From the human T2T-CHM13v2.0 reference genome, Homo sapiens, in NCBI RefSeq assembly GCF_009914755.1, contig NC_060931.1: DNA of 64,000 nucleotides; one strand, written 5' to 3'. Under the pieces are notes generated by a model that saw only the letters and a program-made list of their open reading frames with translations, had not been told where the DNA came from and made no database searches. Positions within the stretch are counted from its first letter, which is position 1, and every line of letters begins with the position of its first letter. A program made the position numbers and the translations under genes. Shown here piece after piece: positions 13,810 through 28,005 of the stretch.

Positions 13810-14460
13810 AGGACTGCTGTTAAAGATGGCATGAATAAATTGGGCAATTCTCTTCCAGAGAAAACAAGTGAAAAATTGGACAGATTTTCAACAGTAACAA
13901 TAATAACAAATATTTCATAGCCCAGGAAATTGGTCAAAGGAAGATAACAAGTTGGCAGTTTTGTGTAAGAACAGAAACAGTTGCTGGGTTTCTTGCCTGG
14001 GCATAAAATCTCCTAAGTCTCTACTTTGCTTGAAAAAACTATAGGTTTTCCAATGGGGGGGTGGCAGAAAATCAAGCAGCTACGCAGTAAGAGGTGATTC
14101 ACTCCACTGGGGAGAGTGTGAGTGAAAACCCATGGATTTGCCAGCTAAAAGGAGTAGACTTTGCTTGGAAGAGATGGGGAAAAGCCATAGTTTTGGTAGC
14201 CCAAGTTTGAAAGCCTGATTCAGAACAGCATTAGACAAGCCAGAAATTTAACGAAAAATGAGAAAGACATAGATAGACTAAAATACTCTATGCATATGTG
14301 AAAGTCTTACAGCTAAACTATGCAAACTGGAGAAGCTGGGTGCTGAGGCAACAGAATGAAAAAGTGAAAGACAAGTGTGACTTGAGCTGGCTACAAATTT
14401 GAATGCATTCTACAACCTACCCACAGCTCAGCTGGCAGAGAATAGCAGCCTTCCAAGATA
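13810..14460 (+). mobile_element. Ancient L1M 5' region
   Basis: Begins GGACT...AAGATGGC as L1 5' ends do. L1 ORF1-like sequence resumes after the MLT1 insertion. Confidence 0.5.
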
Positions 14461-14465
14461 AGGTG

Positions 14466-17270
14466 CCTGGCTTAGTATTAGCCTGCCATAACAAAGTTCC
14501 ACAGACTGGGCAGCTGTAAATTTAACCTCTCACAGTCCTGGGGGCAAGATCAAGGTATTGGCAGAGTTGGATTTCTCTGAGCCATCTCTTCTTAGCTTGT
14601 AAATGGCTATCTTCTCCATGTCTTCACATGGTCATCCTTCTATGTTTATCTGTGTTCTTATGAGAACACCGGTTAGGTTAGATTGGAGCCCCACTATATG
14701 ACCTTATTTTACCATAATTCCTTCTTTAAAGGGTCTATTTCCAAATACTGTCACACTGGGAGGTCCTGGGGTTAGGACTTCAACACATGAATTTTGGAAG
14801 AACACATATGAGCCCGTATCACTCTGCCCTTGGGTGTCCTGAAATGTATGTTCTTCTCACAGGAAAAATATACTTATTCCATTTCAACAGTCCCCAAAGT
14901 GTTAACCCACTCCAATAATTTTCTATTTAGTAACTCTAAATAGAAAATCTCATCTAAATATTCTCTAAATCAGGTATGGGTGAGAGGAGGTAGGATTCAT
15001 CCTGAGGCAAATTCCCCTCCAGCTGTGAACTTGTGAAACCAGGTAAGTTATCTGCTTCCAAAATACAATGCTGGTACAGGCATTGAAGACATTTTCATTC
15101 TGGAAGGGAGAAATCAGAAAGTAGAAAATGGTAAGGGGTCCTGGAAACCTAGCAAGGTAAATTTCATGCAATTTCTTTTTTTTAAGCCACAAAAATAACT
15201 CACTTTGACTCACTCTATCTTCTGAGCTCGCAAGGGTGGTCCTAGCTTCCAAACCCACAAGTGTGATGGCTCTGACCCCTTGGCCCTGGGCAGTGGCAGA
15301 CAGCCCTAATCCCCAGGCCTCTGCTCTCTGGGCTCAGGGTGCCAGTGGCAGCCCTGCTGACTCCTAAATTACCTTCAGGGCCTTTCTTCTCTTTTCTTAA
15401 AGTATAATGCATATGCTTGTCCAGATAGCTCTATTGCCATGTCCTGTAGAATCTCATAAGTCTGAAACTTCCTCCATTTCAGCCTAACTGCCCCTTCAGT
15501 TCAAGTTGGCAGCATTTCCATAGGTATGTCCTCATCTCTATTCCCGGCTTCTGCTGAAATGACTGATTGTATCCATAAGTCATATGTCTATAATCTCTGT
15601 AGCAAATTGATGTCCAGTTGCACCCCTGATGTCTTTGGCAGTATACACTTTATTTTCTTATTTGTTGAATATAAGTAGGCTATAAATTTTTCAGATCTTC
15701 AAGTTCTGGTTCCTTTTGCCTAATAATTCCCTCTTTAATTTATCTCCTCTCACATTTTGCTGTACACAGCAAGGAGAAACAACACTGTACCTTCAACACT
15801 TTGCTTAGAAATCTACTCAGTTAAATAAACAAGTATATGCCTTGCAAGTTCTACTTTCCACAAAACGATAAAATAGATTTCAGCCAAATCCTCTGCCACT
15901 TCATAAATGGATGACCTTTCCTCTAGTTTCTGATAGCATGTTCCCCATTACCCCCTGGGATCTCATTAGAATCACTTTTAGCATCCATATTTGTACCAAC
16001 ATTCTGTGCATGATGAGCCACATATATCTCTAATACGATAGAAGCTTTGTCTACAGTGCTCCTCTTTTTTTTGAGCATACAAAAGAATTATATTCAATGT
16101 CCTTATTTTCACCAAGAGTCTTTTTAAGACAATCCATTTTTTTCTAATATAAACCTCAAAATTCTTCCAGCCTCTACCCATTACGCAGTTCCAACATCAT
16201 TTCTACATTTTTAGATATTTTTCCAGCAGCACCACACTGCCCAGTAGCAAGAGCTATATTAGTTTGCTAGAGTTGCCATAACAAAGTACCACATACTGGC
16301 TGGCTTAAACTTAGTGTAAATTAGTTCAACCATGGTGGAAGACAGTGTGGCAATTCCTCAAGGATCTAGAACCAGAAATACCATTTGACCCAGCAATCCT
16401 ATTACCTGGTATATACCCAAAGGTATATACCTATAGTAGAAATCATTCTACTATAAAGACACATGCACATGTATGTTTATTGCAGCACTATTTACAATAG
16501 CAAAGACTTGGAACCAACCCAAATGACCATCAATGATAGACTGGATATAGAAAATGTGGCACTTATATACCATGGAATACTATGCAGCCATAAAAAAGAA
16601 TGAGTTCATATCCTTTGCAGGGACATGGAGGAAGCTGGAAACCATCATTCTGGGCAATCTAACACAGAAACAGAAAAGCAGACACCACATGTTCTCACTC
16701 ATAAGTTGGAGTTGAACAGTGGGAACACGTGGACACAAGGAGGGGAACGTCACACACCAGGGCCTGTAGGAGGGTGGGGGGCAAGGGAAGGGATAGCATT
16801 AGGACAAACACCAAATTCATGTGAGGCTTAAAACCTAGATGACGGGTTGATGGGTGCAGCAAACCATGACACATGTATACCTATGTAACAAACCTGCATG
16901 TTCTGCTCATGTATCCCAGAACTTAAAGTATAATAAGAAAAATAAAAAGAAGTATATTTTTCTCACATTTCTGGAAACCAGAAGTCTGAGATCAATGTGA
17001 CAACAAGGCTTATTTTTTCTGAGGCCTTTCTCCTTGACTTGTAGAGGGTCGTCTCCCTGTGTCAGCACATGGTCTTCTGTGCATGTCTGTTTCCGTCCTA
17101 ATCCCCTCTTCCCGTAAAGGACACCTGTGAGATTGGATCAGGACCCTGCCATATGACCTCACTTTACCTTAACTACCTCTTTAACGTCTTATCTTTAAAT
17201 ACATTCTGAGGTATTGGGTTAGAATTTCAACATATAAATTATATCAGGTGCCACAATTCAGGCCATAATT
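14466..17270 (-). mobile_element. MLT1B-like MaLR provirus with both LTRs (~14466-14821; 16255-16310 plus ~16948-17270) and internal region
   Basis: Both ends carry TGCCATAACAAAGT.CCACA.ACTGG, then ATGACCT, then TTCAACA.AT.AATT in the same order. MaLR internal-like sequence lies between them. Confidence 0.85.
16311..16947 (+). mobile_element. 5'-truncated L1PA7-like LINE-1 inserted in the MLT1B LTR
   Basis: ORF2 3' end plus 3' UTR (GGCTTAAAACCTAGATGACGGGTTGATGGGTGCAGCAAACCA) and A-rich tail. Homologous to 51270-51885. Confidence 0.93.
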
Positions 17271-17349
17271 ATACCTCAGTATCATTTATACTCAGATAAG
17301 GGGCTTGTTATTGAATTTTGTAGATCTCTCAGTGAGAGAGGTTACAATT

Positions 17350-19050
17350 AGAAAACAAAACTGAGCAAAGACATAAACATCTGCACATAAAAGTTTAAGT
17401 CTAGGCAAACCACTTAAGTAAAAATAACCAAAATTATGGAGGGAAATGAAACAGAATTGATAGTTGCTATATTATCTAAAATGTCCAGTTTCAATCAAAA
17501 TGTTAAACCTATGTACAAACAGAGATGTGTGACCTATAGTCAGAATGATAAAAAAAGCTTTAAACAGAGACTGTATCTCAGTATGTTTATATGCTGGATT
17601 TAACAGATACTTCAAATCACCTATTACAGATAAGTTTTAAAATTAAAAAAAATAAAAAGACAATTAATAGAAAATATGCTAATAATAAGTCAGCAAGCAG
17701 GGATACAATCTATAAAGCATGAAAAACCTAGAATTAAAAGTATAAAATCTGAAATGAAAAGTTTAATATATGCCTGCTTTTATACCTTTGAATCAAGGTA
17801 TCAAAAAGGAACCAGTAAGCCTGAAGGAATATCAATAGAAATTATCTAATGTGAACTAAGAGAGAAAAAGTTTCAAGAAAAATGAACAGAACCTTAGAGA
17901 CCTCTGAGACAATACCAAGTGTTTAAGATATGTATAATGAGGTTTTTAGAAATAGAGCAGAAAGAACAATGACCAGAAAAAATATATATAAAGTCTGAAA
18001 CTGTTCCTGATTTGATGGAATATTTAACTTGCATATCCAAGAAGTTCAACGAACCAAACACAGGATAAATACAAAGAGAAGTAAACCTAACACATCATAG
18101 TCAAATTGATAAAAGCCAAAGACAGAAAATATCTTGAGGCAGCAAGAGAAAGTGACTCTTTACAAGAACAAGATTCACCAAATGGCTGATTTTCCATCAA
18201 AAGTACCACAGACCAGAGACAGTGAAGCTGTAAAATGACATATTTAAGTCCTGAAATATTTTAAAAATCTGTAAAACAAGAATTTTGTATCTGGTGAAAT
18301 TATCCTTCAAAAGTGAAGATGATATGGACATTCTCATATAAACAGAAACTGAGAGAAGTCTTTGCTCACAGACTTGTTTTTAAAGAAGTGTTAAAGCAAG
18401 TCTCTCAGACTAAAAAGAAATGCACAGAATAAATGAACATCATGGAAAATGGTAATTATGTGGGTAAATATAAACAACGTTTGTATACATATACACACAC
18501 GCATACCTCACAGCAAAACTGTGATTCCATACGATTGGGTTTATAAAGTAAATAACTGATATATATATAGTGATGATAGCGTGGTGGGTGTGGGATAAAA
18601 CTATGCTAGTGCAATGTGAAAGCAGATTGTGATAAATCAGATATGTATAATATAATCTCTAGAAAAACTACCAAAATTAACTAACACTATGTTTAAAATA
18701 TCAACACAAGAATTAAAATAATTGACCCTTCTTTTACAAAGAAGACAGTAATGGAAAACCACACCAACCAACAAACAAACACGTGCTGTAAAGAAAAAAA
18801 GAGCACATGAAAGAAATAAACTAAAGCACATTAAGAGTTACATTAAATGCATGTGAACTAAAATTTCAATCAAAGGCAGAGATTGTCAGGCTGGATTAAA
18901 AATCAAGATCCAATAATATCAATAACAAGTTATCTACAAGAGATGTACCTTAAATTCAAAGATACAAGTACATTGAAAGTAAAATAAAAAATATATAGCA
19001 TGCAAATAAAACCATAAGAGAGCTAAAGCAGCTATGTAAATATGACCAAC
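17350..19050 (+). mobile_element. Ancient L1M ORF1 region and ORF2 start
   Basis: A-rich L1 ORF1-like motifs (AAATGAACAGAACCTTAGAGACCT, ATCCAAGAAGTTCAACGAACC, TATCCTTCAAAAGTGAAG), then ORF2 N-terminus-like GCAGAGATTGTCAGGCTGGATTAAAAA. Confidence 0.8.
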
Positions 19051-22000
19051 AAGAAAAATGGATAATTTGTGCTGTATTCACAAAACTCAATTCTGTAAAA
19101 AAGAAAAAGTAACTGAATGTCCATTATGCACATAAATATGACTAACTTCATGTACTAATTTTGAATAAGAAAAGCAAGTTATAGAGGAATACACAGAGAG
19201 TGATTCCATTTGTGTAAAATTAAAAAATATAGACAACCTACAATGCATATTTCAGGAAAATGAAGGTATTAATAAAATTATAAAAATGCAAGAGACTATT
19301 AAACATGAAAATCACAGTAGATTTTGTACATTAACTAATTTATATTTTTAAATGTTCACCAAATCCATGTTTTTATATAACTCCTATGCTTTTCTGATTT
19401 TTTTGATTTGTAAAAAAACTGATATTCTCTCTTTTATCCTCCTAAAACTTTTAATGATTTCTTCATGATCAGAACTCAGGCTTTTTATCACAGTGTATTT
19501 ACATGTGTCACATATTAATTTTCATTTTGTTTTTTCTTAGTTAAAGGTAGAGACTCAAAATACAGGTATTTTTTCTCAATTTAGAAATTTTTACACATTA
19601 TTTATTAAAGTAACTTCCGTCTATCTTATTTATTCTCTCCCTCTGGATCAAATACTGGATTTCCTCAAGCTTCTCTTTCGACCTTGAATTTTCCCAGTTT
19701 TCTTTTTTAAAGATGTTTCTCAAATTTACTTGACTATTTAGATTTTTAAAAACTTTTTTGAATGCATTTGTTTCATATATATCTATGTTTTCTGTTGGTC
19801 ATTTATTTTACTGATTTTTGCTTTTTTTTGGAATTTGTGTTTTTGGTTTTCAAGATGACTTATTTTTCTGGCTGCGCCTTTAACTTCACAGTACACTATT
19901 TTATAGACTTGATATTCACTAGGCTCTCTTAAAAGTTTTCAAATTATCTTTTGTTTTCTACTTTATTTCTGTTTGTATTTCTGAGTTTAGTTGTTCCATC
20001 TGCATATCCTGCTCCTTTTATTTCATGCTCTTAGATTGCTTCAAGTACTGGGAAAACACTTCCTGTTTTGCTTATGGATCTAAGGAAGGTGTAGTTCAAT
20101 TAGTAGACTGGCTCTCCATGCAGCTAAATAGGTCAAAACCATCCCTCTCTAAACTGACGGTGCCTTGTATAATTGGCTACTGCTTGTCTAAGAGCAAGTT
20201 TCGAGGATACAGTGCAAGATCAGGAAATAAACAATCACAGAAATAATAGTATAGAAACTTTATTAGCTGCCTGGGAATGTTGTTATGCTTGTTACCTATA
20301 TGTGTTTTTTTGTGTGTGTGTTTTGTTTTTTGTTTGTTTGCTTGTTTTTTAGTTACTGTAGCAAGATGAACTTATTCAACTTCTTCTCTGTTACCCTCTC
20401 CAGTTTCTCACCTCAGAACTTTTACTGATTTGTGGTTCCATTTCTCTGTTTCATCCTGGGGAGAAAGCATTACCATGCTATTTGTCAGGAAGGGTATAGA
20501 TTCTACTGATACAGCTCTGCTGTATGTAGGCATTCAGTTAATTTCTATAAGATCATCCTACAACCAATATTAAATTTTGAATTGCATTATGGAAGATTTT
20601 ATAAATAAAATAATGTAAGTGAAACGTATCTGTGAGGAAATGACAGTGCTGTGTGTCAGATCAGCGACCTCAGACCAAAGTTCATTTAAAAATGAAGAAT
20701 TTGAAGATACCTATAGGGCTGGGATTGGGACTTGAACTCTTGGGTTCAAGATGTCCTCAAATTCTTCATTTTTAAAGAGTGTCATATTAGTATCTAACTC
20801 ACAGGACTGTACTGTAGATTAATTGAACTAACAGCGTCAAACAATTTGAAGAGTGCTCGATGTATAGTGAGCAACAAAAAAAAAATCAACCAGCCAAATA
20901 ATAAATGAAAATGATAATTATCTTGTATTGCTACACTTTTCATAATTATTTTTACCAAGAAATTATTGAATGATATATATATCATAGTATATATATGCTA
21001 TATATATAATATATATCATTCAATATATATTATATATATAGCATATATATACTATATACTTTACTTTGGAAGATAGAAGGAAATCCGCATCACAGAAAAT
21101 ATATATTCTATTTATTGTTTCACTAGAAAACAATACTAGATGAAGACAATTGATTGTTTATTCGGAACTAAATAAAGTCTCAGTTATGTCTGTCTATTTA
21201 AACTTGAGCTAATTATCTCATGTCTCTGGGTCTGTCATTTTTATTAAATAAAACAAAGTAACCATGTCACACATTCACAGGATTACATGACAGAAGGTGA
21301 ATGAAAACCCTTGAGGCATCATCTATTTACTAATGAAAGTCTGTCTGCTTCCTTCCAGTGAGAATATGAGTTAGTGTATCCTCCTTGATTTATTTATACT
21401 CTTGGGCATATTACTGTCTTCTATCTGCAGGCACCAGATGACTAATTACCACTGTGAATCCTCAGTGAAATCTAACTGAAGACCAAAGCAAGAAATATAT
21501 TTGATACCAAAATTTAGAGAGAGCAAATCAGAAGATGGGATAGTTATTTTATAGCTTGACATGTAGACCAACCTCTTTATCACTAGGCCAGCTGACTGAT
21601 GCAATTTTATTTAGAAAATATGATCTAGGTTTCTCTATCTTTTAAAAAACCTGAAATAATTGGTTTGCACAGATTGTACCATGCTAATCATCTGAAATTA
21701 AGCAACTCCTCCATGGAGTCACTGTCACCAAAGAGATCAATATTGAATAAGGAAAAGTGTTTCTGATTCACAGGACCAGATACCTCTGTTCTCTTTAAAA
21801 AGAATTTAGTGAAATACTGCTTTTGTGGCTAAAGACTGAAAATGAAAGATTTGCTTTATAGTTTTAAACAGAATAAACTTTTAAAAATTTAGCAACATCT
21901 TATAAATTATAAAAATAATTTTTTACACACACTGAATTTCTTTTTTAATAATGAGGTGGTGTCACTCACTGAATTAATGTAATTAATAGTTGATTTATTT

Positions 22001-23514
22001 CTTTCTCAGGAGACTTCATTTTAGCTGTATTGTACTTAGGGGCAGGACATGATTTTATTCCCATACCAAATCTTAGTTAATGAAATCTTTCACATTGTGT
22101 GGGCAGAACTTATATTGCTTCCTTTAACAGTTTATTTTGACTAGAGATGGAAGTCATGAGATAATGCAGGTGTCTCTCATTTCATAACTTAAATCTGATG
22201 TAATACATAGTCCAAAAACATATAAAGATGATATTGGGAAAACAAGTTTAAATCACTCACTTGTATCCTTTTGTCAGAGCTTTCTCATTGACTTAGAACA
22301 GATTTAAAAGCCTCCTGAAATAACAATACTGTAAATTATCTAGTAATGTGCTATTTTTTGTGTTTCAGGGCCTTTATATACAAGAGGGATGTGGTTTAGC
22401 AGGGTCATTTTTAACTCAGTCAAGTAATACACAACCTGTAATGACTGGCACTTGCTTGCTTTGTAAAAGTGGTCGTTTTATTCTTCCAATTGTGAGAAAA
22501 TTTGATCATATATTTTAAAAATATAATTGTCTCCAGCAGTATTTTTCAATAGTTCATTTGCCTTCTAATAATATTCTGGTAAAAATACCTGTTTCATATT
22601 TCATCCAATACATTAGGTGGTAGTATGGTTTGAGCATAACCACAGAATTGTATAACAAACAGTTTCTCCCTATCATTTCATTCAACTGTCAGATAAAACA
22701 TGAGTAAATGAGGATCCAGAAATATTATAGTACAACACAGGACCACAAGTAAGTGAGTGAAAATTGAAGCCACATTGCTAATTATGTAAAGCAAGAAACA
22801 TGGGGGGAAGTATAAAAGTTAGTCAAAAAGTTGGGACCTCAGGGGGCTGTCCCATTAATGAAAGGGGAACTAAATAAGCTATTTCTACTAGTCTGGGTAG
22901 GTGGTCATAAAGAATCTCTCTGCTTAAGGTTATGAAAAGGAAAGATAAAGATTGTCACTTGATAAATTAAACCTTCCACTAACTGCAGATAAATAGTAGT
23001 GGTCTCAACTTACACTACTCACTTTCTGCTAGAATGACCCAGGAGAAGACGATGTATGCAGGAATTTAAGGTGGCATGTGAAAGAAACAACTACAAAGCC
23101 TCTCTCAGGAGGAACTTCCACACACAGGCCAAGAATCTCATGTAAAAACAAGCTCCACCGAAAGTGAGTTAAACAACAACAAAAATTAATAAAAAGGAAA
23201 TATGCCAAAGCAAAGATCTGCCATGAACAAAACTAGCAGAAACAAAATGACAGGAATATGTGTGTGTGTATGTACGTGTGTGTGTGTGTATATATATGTA
23301 TGTAAGTTATATAAATATATACATACATAACATATATACTATATAAAGGTAAAAAATAAGATATGAAAGATAGGATGATAATATCTGAAATATATCCAAT
23401 AAAAATATTGGAAGAAAAATTGAGTGAATTGTATAAAAATAGCATTTAATAAAAATGCCTGAGAATTTTATAAAAATAATGAAAGATTTCCTTCATATTT
23501 AAAATTTTAAGTGG

Positions 23515-23680
23515 CACTCTCACCATACAAAATTGTAAATTGGTGAGGTGATGGATATATTAATTACCTTGACTGACTCTTTTCATAATATATTCAAAGA
23601 TCAAAACATCACATTTTGCCCCATAAATATACAGAATTATTATTTGTCAATATAAAAATAAAAAATAAATAAATAAAATT
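23515..23680 (+). mobile_element. L1MA-type 3' end with A-rich tail
   Basis: CTCTCACCA...GTGAGGTGATGGATAT...CAAAACATCACATT...TTATTTGTCAAT followed by an (AAAT)n tail. Confidence 0.8.
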
Positions 23681-24959
23681 TAAGTAAAATTGCTGAATAT
23701 TAAGGACGAAGAAGAATCTCAAAAGCACCCTGTTTACTTAAAAGGATCACAACAAGGCAAAAAGAATAAAGAATAGAAACAAAAAAAGTAATATTATTTA
23801 TAAATGATTAAATAATATAAATTGAAGAACTTATTAAAATACATATGAAAATCATAAAATATATCAATATAATTTACCATTCTAGAGCCATTTGAAAATT
23901 TTAATGATCAAACTAAAGGAAATTAACAGTAAATTGATAATTTAAAAATGCATTTAGCTTGAAGAAGGATTAATATACACTAATTTATATAAGAAGCACA
24001 AAATTCAGTAACAAAAGACAATAGAAGCATAGTCTTTAATGTATTTTCATTTGTAATATTCAATAATATTCTAGAAATCTCAGCCAGTATATTATAGATG
24101 CTTGTAAAATGTTTAAAAGTAAAAAAAAAAATAATATTTCATCACTTTCAAAGAAATTTTCCAGAGAAAATTCAAATATTTTCTTAACCAATCTATACAA
24201 TCTAATAAAATATGTCAGCAAACTTTTTGGTTATAATATATGCACAATCAACATTATTTTAAAATATGAATTTTAATTATTATATACTTCTGCTACTATA
24301 AAAGAGAGAGTGGGGGTTCCAGATTAATTATCTTTAGTGAAAGAACTTGTCAACCAGATGAACTGTATGAAATGCTTTTCAGACATTGGGCATTAGCCAG
24401 TGCAGAACCATGCTTACAGATAGAAGAGAAGCATACAAAGTGAGCCCTGTAATTGCCTAAGTTACTTTCTAGAAAGAATTGTCAAGCAGTGCACGATGAA
24501 GAAACCCAGAGATCTCTGTGAGTTCAAGAGGTGGAGTTGAAAGTCCAATGAGACAAAGAAATCTGTAATTTGCAGACAGTACACCACGAGAGCTCTGAAG
24601 ATTGGCAAGACTCTCCTTTGATTTCATTTAGCGAATATAATCACTTATCAGCACATGCATAAAAGTAAAGCATCTGAAGCTAAGAAAGGAATCACCCTAA
24701 AGGATTAGAGAGAACAATCCTGAGCTCACCAACCAGTCAGGATGAATAACATCATAATTCAAGGAACACTGTGTGGAGTACACAGAAAGGTACTGCCTCC
24801 ATTGTGGGACAAAACTAGCACAGGAAAGGCTGCTCAGATTCTAATTCAGCCAAGAGAACTTCCTTTTCCAGACACGATGAAGTAATAATGAAAGATTCAC
24901 CTTCCTGCCTGAAAGTGTTAGGGTAGATGACTCATTCACTTTAGATGAGACTGTAAATT

Positions 24960-26100
24960 GGTAAAACCCAAAACAAATATAAAAATGTCCGTAGCAGAAT
25001 TGTTCATAAGAATCCCATACTGGGAACAATTCATATGCATCTCAACTCATATGATGCAACTCACAAACATCAATAGTGGAATGTGTATATAAATTGTGAT
25101 TTATTCATAAAATGAAAATGAGTGAATTATATACCTGCATGCAACAAAATGAAGCATTCTCAAACATAATATTGAGTGAATAAAAGCCAGGTATAAGAGT
25201 AAATATCATGTATTGCATTTATAAAATTTTCAAAAACTGGCAAAATGGACCCAAGTTTGTTGAATATTTGGATACTGGTATAAAATCTTTGCAAGGGAGA
25301 AACATTTTAGAGATGAGCACAGCATATATAAGCTTTACAGTGCTGTCATGATTCTCTTTCTAGAACTGAGTAGAAATTCATTAATCTGTAAACTTAGGAT
25401 AAGCATTTATTTGTATACTTGTTGCACTTCATACATACATTTCTGAAACTATGCGAGGAAAGGCAAAAGCATGAAAAAGATGAGCAAATATAAGTGATAA
25501 AAATAAGACGATAGAATTCAAAAAATGTCCAAAGTCACCATACATGCAAATAAATTGAACATACCTTTTAAAGAATAGAGCTTGTCAGACTGAAAATAAA
25601 TATAATGTCCTCTTTGATAAGAGCTAACATACAGAACACAGAAATGCTGAAAGTAATGGGATGGTAAAAATAATTTCAGGAAATGATGGCCCAACATAAG
25701 ATGGAGGCAAAATAGATTTCATGACATGAGATATAAAGAGATTCTTTAAATATTATATAGATTTCAATTTAACACAGTAAGTATGCTGTTTATATTTTAA
25801 AGGGCCTTGAAATAAACCAAGAACATTTTATAAAACTATGTAGAGAAACTGACAAATTCAACATGATCTCCAAAATTTTGAAACTTTCAATTATTAATAG
25901 GTCAAACATAAAAAGTAGCAAAAATATACAGCATTTAAAAAACAATGAGTAACTTTATTCATTGCACGTATAAAACATCTTTTACCTCAATGTTGAGAAA
26001 AAATGGTGCGTCCTCTAACATACTTGCTACATTTGCACAAACTGAGAATGTTGTAGGCTGTAAATTTAGGATTTAAACTCCTAAAATCACATGAATTTAA
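24960..26100 (+). mobile_element. Highly degraded L1ME/L1M fragments
   Basis: L1ME-like 3' UTR motifs (CTCAAACATAATATTGAGTGAA...AGCCAG) followed by ORF2 N-terminal-like A-rich sequence. Confidence 0.5.
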
Positions 26101-26517
26101 AAATTATTATATGAACTACTTTATATGCCAACTGCCTGCAAAAATATTTGTTTTTAGTGCATATTTGCAAGTAGCAGAATTTTTAAAATGGCATGGGAAT
26201 GAGAAATTTCAGAAAGTTGTTATCTCTGGATGGGGGACAGAGATGAAGAGAAAAATCTTTAAAAAAGCAAATTGAAATCTAATTTAAAATCTTTATACCT
26301 TATAACTAGGTACATGATTGTCTATTTTATTTTTCTATGTTATAAAAATATTTTATTTAAGAAAGCAATAGTAGAATAAATCTTATCTAGATTGTCTGAA
26401 GAAACTCTTGTCCTGGGAAAGATAAGAATAGAGAATATCAAAAATGGAAGAAGGTAACTACAAGCTCAGTAGAATTACCATAGCAAAGGACAGTTGTGGA
26501 CGACACCAGTCACTCCA

Positions 26518-26690
26518 AACACTTATGTGCCAGACACTATTTTAAGCACTGCACTTTCATTAATTCATTTAATCTCAAAATAGTCCTAGGATTTTAACCT
26601 CTATTAGAGAGATGAGCTAATGAAGGCAAAGTGTGGTTGTTAAGTGGACTGGCTCACACAGCTAGGAAGTGTCAGAACTCCATAGATTAA
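26518..26690 (-). mobile_element. MIR SINE
   Basis: ATGTGCCAGACACT...TCATTTAATCTCA...GATGAG...CACACAGCTAGGAAGTGTCAGA, the antisense MIR core. Confidence 0.75.
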
Positions 26691-27621
26691 GCTTGATCAC
26701 CACAGACAAAATCTAGACTTTAGGGCTCACTTGAAGGCAAGATGTCATGTTGAGTTTATGTTTAATTGTTTAAATTTTTAAAAAATATGTATACAAGTAT
26801 ATATTTATATCTTAATTGGTATATATAAGATATTATGTGTGTGTGTGTATATATATAATGTATTTCAAAAATATATGGTAAGAGAGTGTTAACTACAATG
26901 TCATGGAGTCTTTTTGTTAATTTTGGGTATTAGCTTCACACAGCATCTCCATGGAATTAATAGTTTTGGAACCTGTATTCCTTGGTAAGTGAACTTTTAA
27001 TGCATTTTGTTTACTTCCGCAAATAAATGATATAGAATTAACAGTTTGAAACATTTCACAGATGTTCTTGAACTTATTTTACACCAAGCTAATAAACTGT
27101 CAGGACTGTGCCTTAGAGAACTAGAGTGGTGTCAAATAGGGTTCTGCTGACAAAAGCATAGGAAACAACATCAGAAAGTTAGAATTCTTCCCTATAAAGT
27201 CCTCGTGTTTGTTTTAACACATTTCTAAATAAATTTTTGTCTGTAATAGATTCTCAAGCTTAGAAGCCTCAGCAAAGACACAGTGGATTGATGTTAAATA
27301 TATAACCAGAGAGTCCTTAATCTCCTGATAGGTGTATAGGAAACTTACAAGGCCGTAATTGATCTGTCAGCTTCCACTGAATTACTCAGGGCTGTGCTGC
27401 AGTCACACTGAATGCTGCAGCCATTCTATTCTCACGATTCACATACATCTGATCTTGCTTTAGGCTGACATATTCTTCTTTACTTCTTAAATTACTCCTA
27501 ACCTGTACTAGTTCTCTAAGCTTGTATAGTATTTTTTTTCATTGACCATATTTTGACTCTTTGCAATTATCCCTTTACTCCTTTGCTTTTTGAGTAATTA
27601 CCAGCACATTGCTGTAACTTA

Positions 27622-27782
27622 TACATCCGTTCTGAGGATCTAATATACAGTATAGTGGTGATGGATGTGTTAACTAATTTGATTGTAATAATCATTACAT
27701 AATGTATATGTACATCGAATCATCACATTGTACACCTTAGGTATATACAATATTTATTTGTCAATTAAATATTTTAAAAAGC
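27622..27782 (+). mobile_element. L1MA/MB 3' end fragment
   Basis: GGTGATGGATGTGTTAACTAATTTGATTGT...CATCACATTGTACACCTTA...TTTATTTGTCAATT. Confidence 0.75.
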
Positions 27783-27875
27783 ATAGATGAGGTACGCCTA
27801 TCACATGAGTCTGACTGAGACATCACACTTACAAGATACATCTAGTGGACGGGGTCAAATTTTTACAAGTTGAAT

Positions 27876-28005
27876 AGATGGATGCAGTGACGCACTCCTG
27901 TAGTCCCAGCTACTTGGGAGGCTGAGGCAAGAGAATACCTTGAGTCTAGGAGTTTTAGTTCAACCTGGGAAACATAGCAAAACCACATCTCTAAAAATTA
28001 AATAA
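27876..28005 (+). mobile_element. FLAM / free Alu monomer
   Basis: CCTGTAGTCCCAGCTACTTGGGAGGCTGAGGCA...CCTGGGAAACATAGCAAAACC..ATCTCTAAAAA. Monomer length of about 130 bp. Confidence 0.85.
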
